From Okamejei kenojei (Eukaryota), in the NCBI GenBank assembly GCA_035221665.1, contig CM069131.1, positions 75,454,001 to 75,518,000 of the forward strand: a DNA stretch of 64,000 bases, given 5' to 3'. The notes beneath the pieces are model-generated. The model saw only the letters and a list, made by a program, of their open reading frames with translations. It was not told where the DNA came from and did no database searches. The stretch's first letter is position 1, and each line of letters begins with the position of its first letter. Below are positions 1-10,274 of the stretch, one piece after another. The position numbers and the translations under genes are program-made.

Positions 1-210
1 CAAATTGGAGGAACAGCACCTATTATTTCGCTTGGGTGGTTTACACCCCAGCGGTATGAACATCTCCTGACATCAGTCTGAAGAAGGATCTCGGCCCGAA
101 ACGTCGTCCATTCCTTTTCTCCAGAGATGCTGCCTCGCCCACTGAGTTACTCCAGTATTTTGTGTTTACCATTGATTTAAACCAGCATCTGCAGTTCTTT
201 CTTACACACT
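1..210 (+). mobile_element. Penelope-like element 3' fragment (end of GIY-YIG ORF plus pLTR/3' UTR with hammerhead motif)
   Basis: Bases 2-60 translate as KLEEQHLLFRLGGLHPSGMN, matching the C-terminus of ORF 984..1481. Hammerhead core at 78-105, followed by the family tail ...ccagcatctgcagttc. Confidence 0.8.
78..105 (+). ncRNA. Minimal type I hammerhead ribozyme motif (Penelope-associated)
   Basis: CTGAAGA a GGATC-TC-GGCCC GAAAC GTC: conserved CUGANGA and GAAA boxes and a GUC triplet; stem II is imperfect. Confidence 0.6.
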
Positions 211-720
211 CTCTAGAACTCTACAGGTGTATGGCAGTCATAAAGTGGTGAACGCTGCTCGGTCCATCACATAAACTGACCTCCCCACCATTGAAGGGAT
301 CTATAAGAGGCCCTGTCTCAAAAAGGCAGCCAGTATTATCAAAGACTCACACCACCCTGGCAACATTCATTTCAATCCTTCCATGGGGAAGAAAGTAGAG
401 AAATCTGAAATCTGTTATGTCCAGGTTCAAGAGCAGCTGTTTCCCAACAGCCATCAGGCTATTGAACACAAAAAACTGCAAACTGCCTTGGTTGCACTAG
501 GGACATCGTGCTTTGTTTTTTTTTTGCACTATATTGTTTTTTTTAAATGGATTGATCTTTTAATTTTGTTTTGTTTATTAGTTTGATTATATTATCTATG
601 GAGTACTGTGCTTACAAACTTGTTGTGTTGCTGCTGCACCGAAGAATTTCATCGGGGGTACACAAAAAGCTGGAGAAACTCAGCGGGTGCAGCAGCATCT
701 AAGGAGCGAAGGAGATAGGC

Positions 721-748
721 GACGTTTCGGGTCGAGACCCTTCTTCAG
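721..748 (-). ncRNA. Minimal hammerhead ribozyme motif in the Penelope 3' UTR
   Basis: Reverse complement reads CTGAAGA A GGGTC TC GACCC GAAAC GTC. Confidence 0.7.
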
Positions 749-983
749 ACTGGTCAGGGATCAGGGAAACAAGAGATATAGACGGTGATGTGAGAGATAA
801 AGAACAATGAATGAAAGATATGCAAAAAAGTATCGATGATAAAGGGAACAAGCCATTGTAAGCTGTTTGTGGTGTGAAAATAAGAAGCTAGTGCGACTAG
901 GGTGGGGGAGGGAGATAGAGATAGAGGGAATGCCAGGGCCCGAGGGCTGAGAGAGAGGTGGGAAGGGGAGGAGACAGCAGGGG

Positions 984-1481
984 TTAACAGAATTGAGAAA
1001 ATTCAATGTTCAAGCCCAAAGGATGCAAACTCCCCAAGCGGAATATGAGGTGCTGTTCCTCCAACTTGCGGTGTTGCTCACTCTGGCCATGGAGGAGGCC
1101 CAGGACCGAGAGGTCGGATACGGAATGGGAGGGGGAGTTGAAGTGCTGAGCGACCGGGAGGTCGGGTTGGTTTTTGCGGACCGAGCGGAGGTGTTCGGCG
1201 AAACGATCGCCAAGCCTCCGCTTGGTCTCACCGATATAGATCATCTGGCATCTGGAGCAGCGGATGCAGTAGATGAGGTTGGAGGAGGTGCAGGTGAACC
1301 TCTGTCGGACCTGGAAGGACTGCTTGGGTCCCTGAAAGGAGTGGAGGGGGGAGGTGAAGGGACAAGTGTTGCATTTCTTGCGGTTGCAAGGGAAAGTGCC
1401 CGGGGAAGGAGTAGAGCGGGAGGGGAGGGAAGAATGGACAAGGGAGTCGCGGAGGGAGCGATCTTTGCGGAAGGCAGACAA
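984..1481 (-). pseudogene. GIY-YIG endonuclease domain of the Penelope-like element (Neptune-like linker)
   Basis: LIY...YIGET.R.L..RF.EH and terminal GLN motifs, preceded by a Cys-rich linker. Confidence 0.9.
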
Positions 1482-2155
1482 GGGGGGAGATGGGAAGATG
1501 TGGCGGGTGGAGGGTCACGTTGGAGGTGGCGAAACTGGCGGAGGACTATCTGTTGTATTTGCGGCTGGTGGGGTGAAAGGTGAGGACCAGGGGGACTCTG
1601 CCTGTTTGCGAGTGGGGGAATGGGGAGAGAGGGCAGTGTTGCGGGGTATGGAGGAGACCCTGGTGCGAGCCTCATCAATAGTAGGGGAGGGGAATCCCCG
1701 TTCTCTGAAGAATAAGGCCATTTGTGATGACCTGGTGTGAAACGCCTCATCCTGGGAGCAGATGCGGCGTAGACGAAGGAATTGGGAATAGGGGATGGAA
1801 TCCTTACAGGAAGCAGGGTGGGAGGAAGAATAGTCCAGGTAGCTGTGGGAGTCAGTGGGTTTGTAGTGGATGTCGGTCAGGAGTGTATCACCTGCAATAG
1901 AGTGAATTTTATTGTCCTGTTTTGATACATTTGACAATAAAACACTCCTGACTCTCTTGAGATAAGACGATGGAAGCTGAACATGGTACTATCCCCAGAT
2001 GTCACATTCTTGCTCCGGCCACTCTTACTGCACCATATTCCTGACTCTGCTTTATGGCTTTTAGAATCTGAGGCTCCATTCTCTCCTTCTGGTAGCTGCT
2101 GTTGTCTTCAGCTGGCAATGTTGTGCATCAAGCAGCAGATAAAGTCAAATCATTA

Positions 2156-3109
2156 GGGGGTACACAAAAGGCTGGAGAAACTCAGCGGGTGCAGCAGCAT
2201 AGAAACATAGAAACATAGAAATTAGGTGCAGGAGCAGGCCATTCGGCCCTTCGAGCCTGCACCGCCATTCAATATGATCATGGCTGATCATCCAACTCAG
2301 TATCCTGTACCTGCCTTCTCTCCATACCCCCTGAACCCTTCAGCCACAAGGGCCACATCCAACTCCCTCTTAAATATGGCCAACGAACTGGCCTCAACTA
2401 CCTTCTGTGGCAGAGAATTCCACAGATTCACCACTCTCTGTGTGAAAAACGATTTTCTCATCTCGGTCCTAAAAGACTTCCCCCTTATCCTTAAACTGTG
2501 ACCACTTGTTCTGGACTACCCCAACATCGGGAACAATCTTCCTGCATTTAGCCTGTCCAACCCCTTAAGAATTTTGTAAGTCTCTATGAGATCACCCCTC
2601 AATCTTCTAAATTCCAGCGAGTACAAGCCAAGTCTATCCAGTCTTTCTTCATATGGAAGTCGTGCCATCCCAGGAATCAGTCTGGGGAACCTTCTCTGTA
2701 CTCCCTCTATGGCAAGAATGTCTTTCCTCAGATTAGGAGACCAAAACTGCACGCAATACTCCAGGTGTGGCCTCACCAAGACCCTGTACAACTGCAGTAG
2801 AACCTCCCTGCTCTTGTACTCAAATCCTTTTGCTATGAATGCCAACATACCATTCGCTCTCTTCACAGCCTGCTGCACCTGCATGCCTACTTTCAATGAC
2901 TGGTGTACCATGACACCCAGGTCTCGCTGCATCTCCCCTTTTCCTAATCGGTCACCATTCAAATAATAGTCTACCTTCCTGTTTTTGCCACCAAAGTGGA
3001 TAACCTCACATTTATCCACATTATACTGCATCTGCCATGCATTTGCCTCTAAGCATCTAAGGAGCGAAGGAGATAGGCGACGTTTCGGGTCGACACCCTT
3101 CTTCAGACT
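2156..3109 (-). mobile_element. ~95-nt Penelope hammerhead mini-element split by a CR1 insertion (halves 2156-2200 and 3052-3109)
   Basis: ggtacacaaaaggctggagaaactcagcgggtgcagcagcat continues after the LINE as agcatctaaggagcgaaggagataggcgacgtttcgggtcgacacccttcttcagac. agcat is duplicated at the junction. Confidence 0.8.
2201..3050 (-). mobile_element. CR1-clade LINE 3' fragment
   Basis: ORF 2516..3031 (MQYNVDKCEVIHFG...[15 protein letters not shown]...[10 protein letters not shown]) and a (catagaaa)n tail at 2201-2220. Confidence 0.92.
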
Positions 3110-4704
3110 CCATTATGTCACTCCACGATGCCTCGAACTAAAGCTGGCAACAATGTCTCATCTTCAGAAGACATGATATTTTCAGTTACGATCCTTGTGC
3201 TCTGATGGTTCTCTTTGAACATGTGTTTAGCTACTGTTGTTGAGAGTAAGTAGCCAAATCCACCCTTTGTTTCTTAGGAAACATCTTTCCAATCAATGCC
3301 AGTGACAGGAAGTGTTGGATAGTACAGACCGCTTTAGGGTAAAGGTATCATCTTGAACATAGCATTCACCACTAGGAAATTCAATTGATGCACATATTGA
3401 GGGAACAGAAAATAAGTATCTGTGTGGTTTGGGGGAGCCTTTATGTGGATTTTTAAGTAGGCTGTAATTAACTATGAATACATGTATTGAACATAATTTT
3501 TGACAAAAGGGAAATGTATTTCTCACACACCATTTACAGTTTTGTCCAAAATTTATCCCAACGTTACTGAAACCATTTAAGGACATAAGAAATAGAAAAA
3601 TTAGGAGGGCATTCCATCTCTCAAACAACTTGGCCAATCATTAAATATTGACCAGCTCTGTACATCAAGTCTATTTTCCCACCCAATAGCCATTGCCCTT
3701 CAATCCTTTCCTGACTGAAAATACATCAGTCTAGCCTTTGCCTCAACATCCTGAGGTTAGATTTTGAACCCTTTTAAAAATTCTTCTCAATCTTAACTGG
3801 TAAACTCTTTACCCTGAGATTGTGCCTCATCTATAGCTTTGAGGCTATTGAGTGACTCGATAAAGTGGAATTTTCAAATTGTCTTCTGTATTCATTTAAA
3901 AATATCTGCATAAATCACACTTCGATAGTAACTTGATTTCTTACGGGGCTGCTATGGCAGTTTTGTATGGGCCAGCTGAGTTATACTTAGTGAAGAATGA
4001 GAGGATGAGATCGCAAGTGCCGGATTAACGATAAATAGCAGATTACAAATTCATGAGATGGCATGAATGTGTTTCCATCCATGTGTAACCTATAAAGCCT
4101 GTCAGTCCGGCAAAGATAACAAAGTTCTTTGTTAAGGTTTCAACATTTCAAGCAAGAGGACACCATGATAAGAGAAAACAATGGCACTGACTAGAGCATG
4201 GTTGCTAGGTATTGACAAAGTATCCCAAGCACTTTAGCCACATTAATATTCAGTGACATTATCTGGTTTCCAACTCCCACCACACAAACCTATCAAAAGC
4301 ATATCCTGGATCCAATGGGTGGGCAAAGGTGAGTGACCATTATTTAAACAACTATTACTCAATTTAACAATATCTGTAAATTATTAAGTGACCTCTGCAG
4401 GCAAATCCATTATTGTGCTTGGTGGATCTAAGGAAGTTCCTGTTAACTCTTTAATGCTGAGCCGGGGTAAGATTTCCAAAGCATGACTGCAAAAAGATAT
4501 TTACCGTTATTCAACGTCTGAGAAAATTGTACCATTTTTCTTATTTTATATCTTTATGAGTAAGCTATTGTATGAAGATAGTTACTTCTAATGGAATATT
4601 GTGCAGTTTGGCCATTAGGTGACGTAACAAGCTCTGCGGCAAAGAGTTGTTTGGAACAGACTGCACCCATTTAAATCTTAATTAGTGCAAATAAAGGGGA
4701 AAGG

Positions 4705-4890
4705 TTCAAAGTGCTGGAGTAACTCAGCAGGTCAGGCAGCATCTCGGGAGAACATGAATAGGTGACGTTTCAGGTCGGGACCCTTCAGACACTAACTCAC
4801 CTGTCCATGTTCTCCAGAGATGCTGCCTGACCCGCTTAACTAGTCCAGCAATTTGTGTGGTTTTATTTGCAAACCAGTATCTGCAGTTCC
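4705..4890. mobile_element. Penelope pLTR-derived fold-back element (older subfamily) with decayed hammerhead
   Basis: ctggagtaactcagcaggtcaggcagcatctcgggagaacatg is mirrored by catgttctccagagatgctgcctgacccgc, with tail ...gtatctgcagttcc. Confidence 0.7.
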
Positions 4891-5221
4891 AGGGAAAAGG
4901 TGTGTGGGGGCAGAAACATAACATATTGCAACTGTTTAAACTGTTGATTGATCTGACACGAGTCCAATAATGAACAATTTCACGGAGGGCAATGCTTTGT
5001 TTTAAGTTTGCTACTATCAACTTGTCAGGTTGCCAGTGTGATTGATGTACATGAGGGTTAGCATTCAGCCCAGCTAAAGCAATGATCTAGTAATAATCTA
5101 TTCCTGCACCACACAGCCAGCTGCTTCTTACATGCTCTGCAGGTTCCTGGCTCTATGCTCCTGCCCAGAATGCCATTCCAAAAATAATGTTGACTTTAGT
5201 CCTGAATTTGTTTTTCGTAAG

Positions 5222-5940
5222 GTCATAAGTGATAGGAGCAGAGTTAGGCCATACGGCCCATCAGGTCTACTCTGCCATTCAATCATGGCTGATCTACCTC
5301 TCCCTCCTAAACCCATTCTCCAGCCTTCTCCAGTACTAATCAAGAATCTCCCGTACACCCGTACTAATCAAGAATCTATCTATCTCCGCCTTAAAAATAT
5401 CCATTGACATGGCCCCCACAGCCTTCTGTGGCAAATAATTCCACAGATTCACCACCCCCTGACTAAAGAAATTCCTCCTCATCTCCTTCCTAAAAGAAGG
5501 TCCTTTAATTCTGAAGCTATGATCTCTGGCCCTAGACTCTCCCATAAGTGGAAACATCCTATCCACATCCACTCTATCCAAGCCTTTCACTTTTCGATAA
5601 GGTTCAATGAGGACCCCCGCCCCCCCCCCCCCCCCTCCCCCCCCCCCCCCCCCCCCCCCCCCCATCCTTCTAAACTCCAGCGAGTACAGGCCCAGTGCCA
5701 TCAAACACTCACGATATGTTAACCCACTCATTCGTGGGATGATTCTTGTAAACCTCCTCTGGACCCTCTCCAGAGCCAGATCCTCAGATACGGTGCCCAA
5801 AATTGCACACAATACTGCAAATGCACCCTGACCAGCACCTTATAGAGCCTCAGCATTACATCCCTGTTTTTGTATTCTATCCTTCTTGAAATAAATGCGA
5901 GCATTACGTTTGTCTTCCTTACTACTGATTCAACTTGCAG
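5222..5940 (-). mobile_element. CR1 LINE 3' fragment with an internal poly-C/G run
   Basis: ORF 5336..5812: LERVQRRFTRIIP...LYSLEFRRM...FFSQGVVNLWN. Confidence 0.88.
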
Positions 5941-5979
5941 TTTGAATCTAATTTTCTGCTATCAAAGTTTAGTCTAAAG

Positions 5980-6499
5980 CAGGGGTGGGGAACCTGCGGC
6001 GCATAAGGCCACACGCGGCCTTCTAGGCCATTAAGTGCGGCCTTTTGAATGAATCCAAATTTTGTAGAACAAATCCTTTTATTTTTATTGATATGTTTTT
6101 TATTCGTCTTTTATTATTTTTTATTTTAATCTTAAAATGAACGTATTTAAAATACCAAACAGTAAAATAAGATTCAACGAAATAATCCTCCCCGACTGAC
6201 AGCCACAATTAAAACATTAGTAAATCATGAGGGCTATTTTAACACTTGTTAAACTCATGATTTAGTTCTAATGCAACTCTAGACTCTAGAAAGCAGTCAC
6301 AACAAAGTCATTAAAAGGTTAGTTAACTTTAGAATTAATTTTTTTTTTTCATTTTCTTGAAGTTAGTACATAATTGTTAGATTTTTACAAAATAATGTAC
6401 ATTTTGTAGTATATCTAATTGAAGTTTCTTCGATGCAGCCTTATTAGATTACAGCTAACTTAACGCGGCAATCCAACATGAAAAGGTTCCCCCCCCCCG
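5980..6499. mobile_element. Non-autonomous hAT (Charlie-type) MITE
   Basis: TIRs CAGGGGTGGGGAACCT and AGGTTCCCCCCCCCCG. 8-bp TSD GTCTAAAG at 5972-5979 and 6500-6507. Confidence 0.85.
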
Positions 6500-6789
6500 G
6501 TCTAAAGTAATGTGAATTTACAGTTCTTGTACTAATGTCATATATTTCTTGGAGATCTTGGTTAGTTTCTTTCCTCTTATTAGTGAAATAGACAAATATT
6601 TCAAATAATTTATCACCTTTTAACTGCAGAATTCTTGTGCCATGGCTCACCTTTCACTCAGTTCAAAGTCTGAATGATCCAATTTTGATTTGATGGTGGG
6701 AATTTGACAATAATAAAGGTGTTTGTGAAAAAACGAACTAACTAACTAACTGACCTTCAGCTAACTTGCTCCATTGCTGCAAATCACTC

Positions 6790-7942
6790 GACTTACAAAC
6801 TTAAAGCATACGGTATTAGGGGTTCAGTATTGATGTGGATAGAGAACTGGCTGGCAAACAGGAAGCAACGAGTAGGAGTAAATGGGTCCTTTTCACAATG
6901 GCAGGCAGTGACTAGTGGGGTACCGCAGGGCTCAGTGCTGGGACCCCAGCTATTTACAATATATATTAATGATCTGGATGAAGGAATTGAAGGCAATATC
7001 TCCAAGTTTGCGGATTACACTAAGCTGGGGGGCAGTGTTAGCTGTGAGGAGGATGCTAGGAGACAGCAAGGTGACTTGGATAGGCTGGGTGAGTGGGCAA
7101 ATGTTTGGCAGATGCAGTATAATGTGGATAAATGTGAGGTTATCCACTTTGGTGGCAAAAACAGGAAAGCAGACTATTATTTGAATGGTGGCCGATTAGG
7201 AAAAGGGGAGATGCAGCGAGACCTGGGTGTCATGGTACACCAGTCATTGAAAGTAGGCATGCAGGTGCAGCAGGCAGTGAAAAAAGCAAATGGTATATTA
7301 GCTTTCATAGCAAAAGGATTTGAGTATAGGAGCAGGGAGGTTCTACTTCAGTTGTACAGGGTTTTGGTGAGACCACACCTGGAGTATTGCGTACAGTTTT
7401 GGTCTCCAAATCTGAGGAAGAACATTATTGCCATAGAGGGAGTACAGAGAAGGTTCACTAGACTGATTCCTGGGATGTCAGGACTGTCTTATGAAGAAAG
7501 ACTGGATAGACTTGGTTTATACTCTCGGGAATTTAGGAGATTGAGAGGGGATCTTATAGAAACTTACAAAATTCTTAGGGGGTTGGACAGGCTGGATGCA
7601 GGAAGATTGTTCCCGATGTTGGGGAAGTCCAGGACAAGAGGTCACAGCTTAAGGATAAGGGGGAAATCCTTTAGGACCGAGATGAGAAAGACTTTTTCAC
7701 ACAGAGAGTGGTGAGTCTCTGGAACTCTCTGCCACAGAGGGTAGTTGAGGCCGGTTCATTGGCTATATTTAAGAGGGAGTTAGATGTGGCCCTTGTGGCT
7801 AAGGGGATCAGAGGGTATGGAGAGAAGGCAGGTACGGGATACTGAGTTGGATGATCAGCCATGATCATATTGAATGGCGGTGCAGGCTCGAAGGGCCGAA
7901 TGGCCTACTCCTGCACCTATTTTCTATGTTTCTATGTTTCTA
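6790..7942 (+). mobile_element. CR1 LINE 3' portion (RT domain and tail)
   Basis: ORF 6830..7714 with SGVPQGSVLGPQLF and KFAD(Y)TKL; (tttctatg)n tail at 7921-7942. Confidence 0.93.
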
Positions 7943-9514
7943 CGACAAAGTGGGAAATTGCCAGAGTTTGTGGCATCTGCAAAAAGTGGGCCAGTCTAAC
8001 CCAGGTTAATGGAGCTCGTTCTCCATTATCAGCGAAATGACGGAAGGAGATATGAGCAATGTAGTGAGGTGCCGCCTATTCATATACAGACTTCTCATTA
8101 CTGAGAAGCAACAGGAGTGAAATTGAATAGATGAAGCTTCCTAAGAATTAAAGATGCTGTCAATGTCATGCGATTGAGATCAATGAGATAGCGATGTCAA
8201 TGAAGATTTAGTCTCAATCCATTCAGATGTGCATGGCTGCCGGAGTAGCTGAGGAGAACACAAACAAGCTGCTCTCAAAGATAAATATTCAAAAGGAATC
8301 TTCAAAACATTTATAGTACCCAAAATAGAGAAAATATAAACAGGCAGTGATGGCTTTCATCCAAAAATTCCACAGATGGCTGCAGAAGTTAGGCTAGGTT
8401 CATAATTTCCAAAGCAATATTTGGAAATGGAATTGCCCCAAAGTACTGGTGTAATTTGTGAAGCAATAAATTGTTTAAAAAAAAAAAATATATATATATA
8501 TATATATAGCCCAGTTTGTCTTACATACACAGATAAATTCCACAATGGGCAATTTTGTATGAAATTATTGAAATTTGAAAATACCTAATTTGTATGTATT
8601 TGTATTTTAGAGGAAATATGTATGAAAGAAAACAATGTTATATTGTATGTCATTTATAGAAATTATTTTATATATGAATTCATGGTGACTGCAACATTTT
8701 CCACATTGATGGGATGTGGGCAGTGGAGAGCTGAAGACTGTTGAACTGAAACATTTACTTTTATAGTTCTATTAATGTTAAGGACTATGGTTTGTTGCAA
8801 TAGCCGCCTGCTAAATCTGCTCCAGATAAACTGCAAGGCCAACTCCCTTTCTCCAGCCCCACCAGGGGATGCCATTTACAACTGGAAGGTCTGCATTATG
8901 CAGGGTCTACTGACTGCATGAGAGACTTGCTGCTGGAAGATTCACTGAAGGTCCTTGCAGGTTTTGTGGGCAAAGAAGCAGAAAGTAAGGGCACGTTGCT
9001 ATTGCTAGGCAAGGTAGGCTCTACAATTTATACATTCCATTACACAAAAAGTAAGCCAATAAATTATACACATTCTGCCTCTTTGACACAGGTGCCCCTC
9101 ACTTTATGAGTTAGCATTGCTGAACTGGAGCAGTGGTATGCACCGATGCACGCATCTCTTGCACAGAGTGAATGCACAGATCTCTTGGTAGCCCTGATAA
9201 TGGACCCAAATCTGGACAATCTGTGTATGTATGTACATGTACTTCAGAGGCTTAAATGGTAACCTGTGAAAATTGAAAGAACAGTAATGAACATGCACAG
9301 AAACAACAATATGAAAAGTTTGCCTTTCAAGGTACTGCTCTATGCAAGTTTATTTATGAACAAAAAGTAGAATAGAGCCCAGGAGCTGTGTGAATGTGCA
9401 CGAACAGTGAAACTAGCAGGTCGACCAGGGTGCCAAGCACGTGGACCGGACGCGGCCTGCAGTAGTGCAGCAGTGGAGGAGGACACCACGGCTACACTTG
9501 GCCAGGCCGACCCT

Positions 9515-9850
9515 ACAGGGTGGGGGAGGGGCAGAGAGAGAGAGGGAATGACAGGGTTACTTGAAATTAGAGAAATCAACATTCATATCACGGGTTTGTA
9601 AGCCTACAAGTCATCCTGCTAGTTTCATTCTTTCTTTCTTTCTTAAACACTGCTGGTTTCATTGTTCCTCCATGGCCAACAATGAACCATTGTGGGCTCC
9701 AAAGACATTGGTGCCGGCTCTGATTTGTTCTGTACCTTTTCATACCTCTAGTTTCCCTCTCCCCTGAAGAAGGGTCTCGACCGAAAGGTCACATTCCTTT
9801 TCTCCAGAGATGCTGCCTGACACGAGGAGTTACTCCAGCATTTTGTGACT
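9515..9850. mobile_element. Inverted pair of Penelope fragments (GIY-YIG end on -, 3' UTR with hammerhead motif 9764-9790 on +)
   Basis: The - strand at ~9556-9600 reads LQTRDMNVDFSNFK*. The + strand has CTGAAGAAGGGTCTCGACCGAAAGGTC followed by the family tail. Confidence 0.65.
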
Positions 9851-10274
9851 ATTCAACCTATGCCTATTTCAATCCAGAACGATGGTCTGCCAAACCTCTC
9901 CAATTAAGCTGCAGTATACAGACTATTCTTATGTTTGTGTATGTTTGGAGGCCAAGCTCAAAGACATTGTTAACTTGTTCACCAAACATGCAAGAGGATG
10001 AGCTTTGCACTCAATGTTCGCAACACTATAGTGCTCTGCTAACTTGCCGCTCCTGCACCAGACTGTCCTCCCCAAAAAGTATACAACAAAACCCTGGAAA
10101 ACAGGGCCACTTTCCATAGTTTGGAAGCCACACCGTAGCAAGATCAGGTGTTGATGATAAACTCACCATCATGCTCCATGTGCCAGTACAACATTTTGTC
10201 AATTGCGGAAAATTATAATTGAAGATCATGATCTCGGATTCATGAGGAAGTGATCCCTGTCCTCCCATGAATCA

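Larger units (their letters stand above)
655..1903 (-). mobile_element. 5'-truncated Penelope-like retroelement (RT thumb, Cys-rich linker, GIY-YIG endonuclease, 3' UTR with hammerhead)
   Basis: ORF 1515..1937 contains YKPTDSHSYLDYSSSHP...IPYSQFLRLRRICS (PLE RT thumb). ORF 984..1481 contains CNRKKCNTC, then NLIYCIRCSRCQMIYIGETKRRLGDRFAEH...GLN (GIY-YIG). The two parts are frameshifted relative to each other. Confidence 0.92.
220..1960 (+). mobile_element. Rex1/Babar-type LINE 3' end, split by the Penelope insertion (pieces ~220-652 and ~1904-1960)
   Basis: Degenerate KKAASIIKDSHHPG coding and the tail ...gaattt(c/t)attgtcc...tgacaataaaa...ctcttga, as in the copies at 37730 and 43520. gaatttcat/gaattttat flank the inserted element. 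Confidence 0.7.

Noticed and set aside
993-1740. Long + strand ORFs (993..1583, 1354..1740)
   Set aside because: They are antisense shadows of the GC-rich Penelope ORF.
5614-5663. Poly-C run giving poly-Pro/poly-Gly ORFs (also poly-G at ~63894-63918 and ~61622-61635)
   Set aside because: The first two expand short G-runs present in sister TE copies. They are probably slippage or long-read homopolymer error, not coding sequence.
8663-9298. Short ORFs upstream of STBD1 as possible FAM47E exons
   Set aside because: No recognisable similarity or consistent splice pattern.
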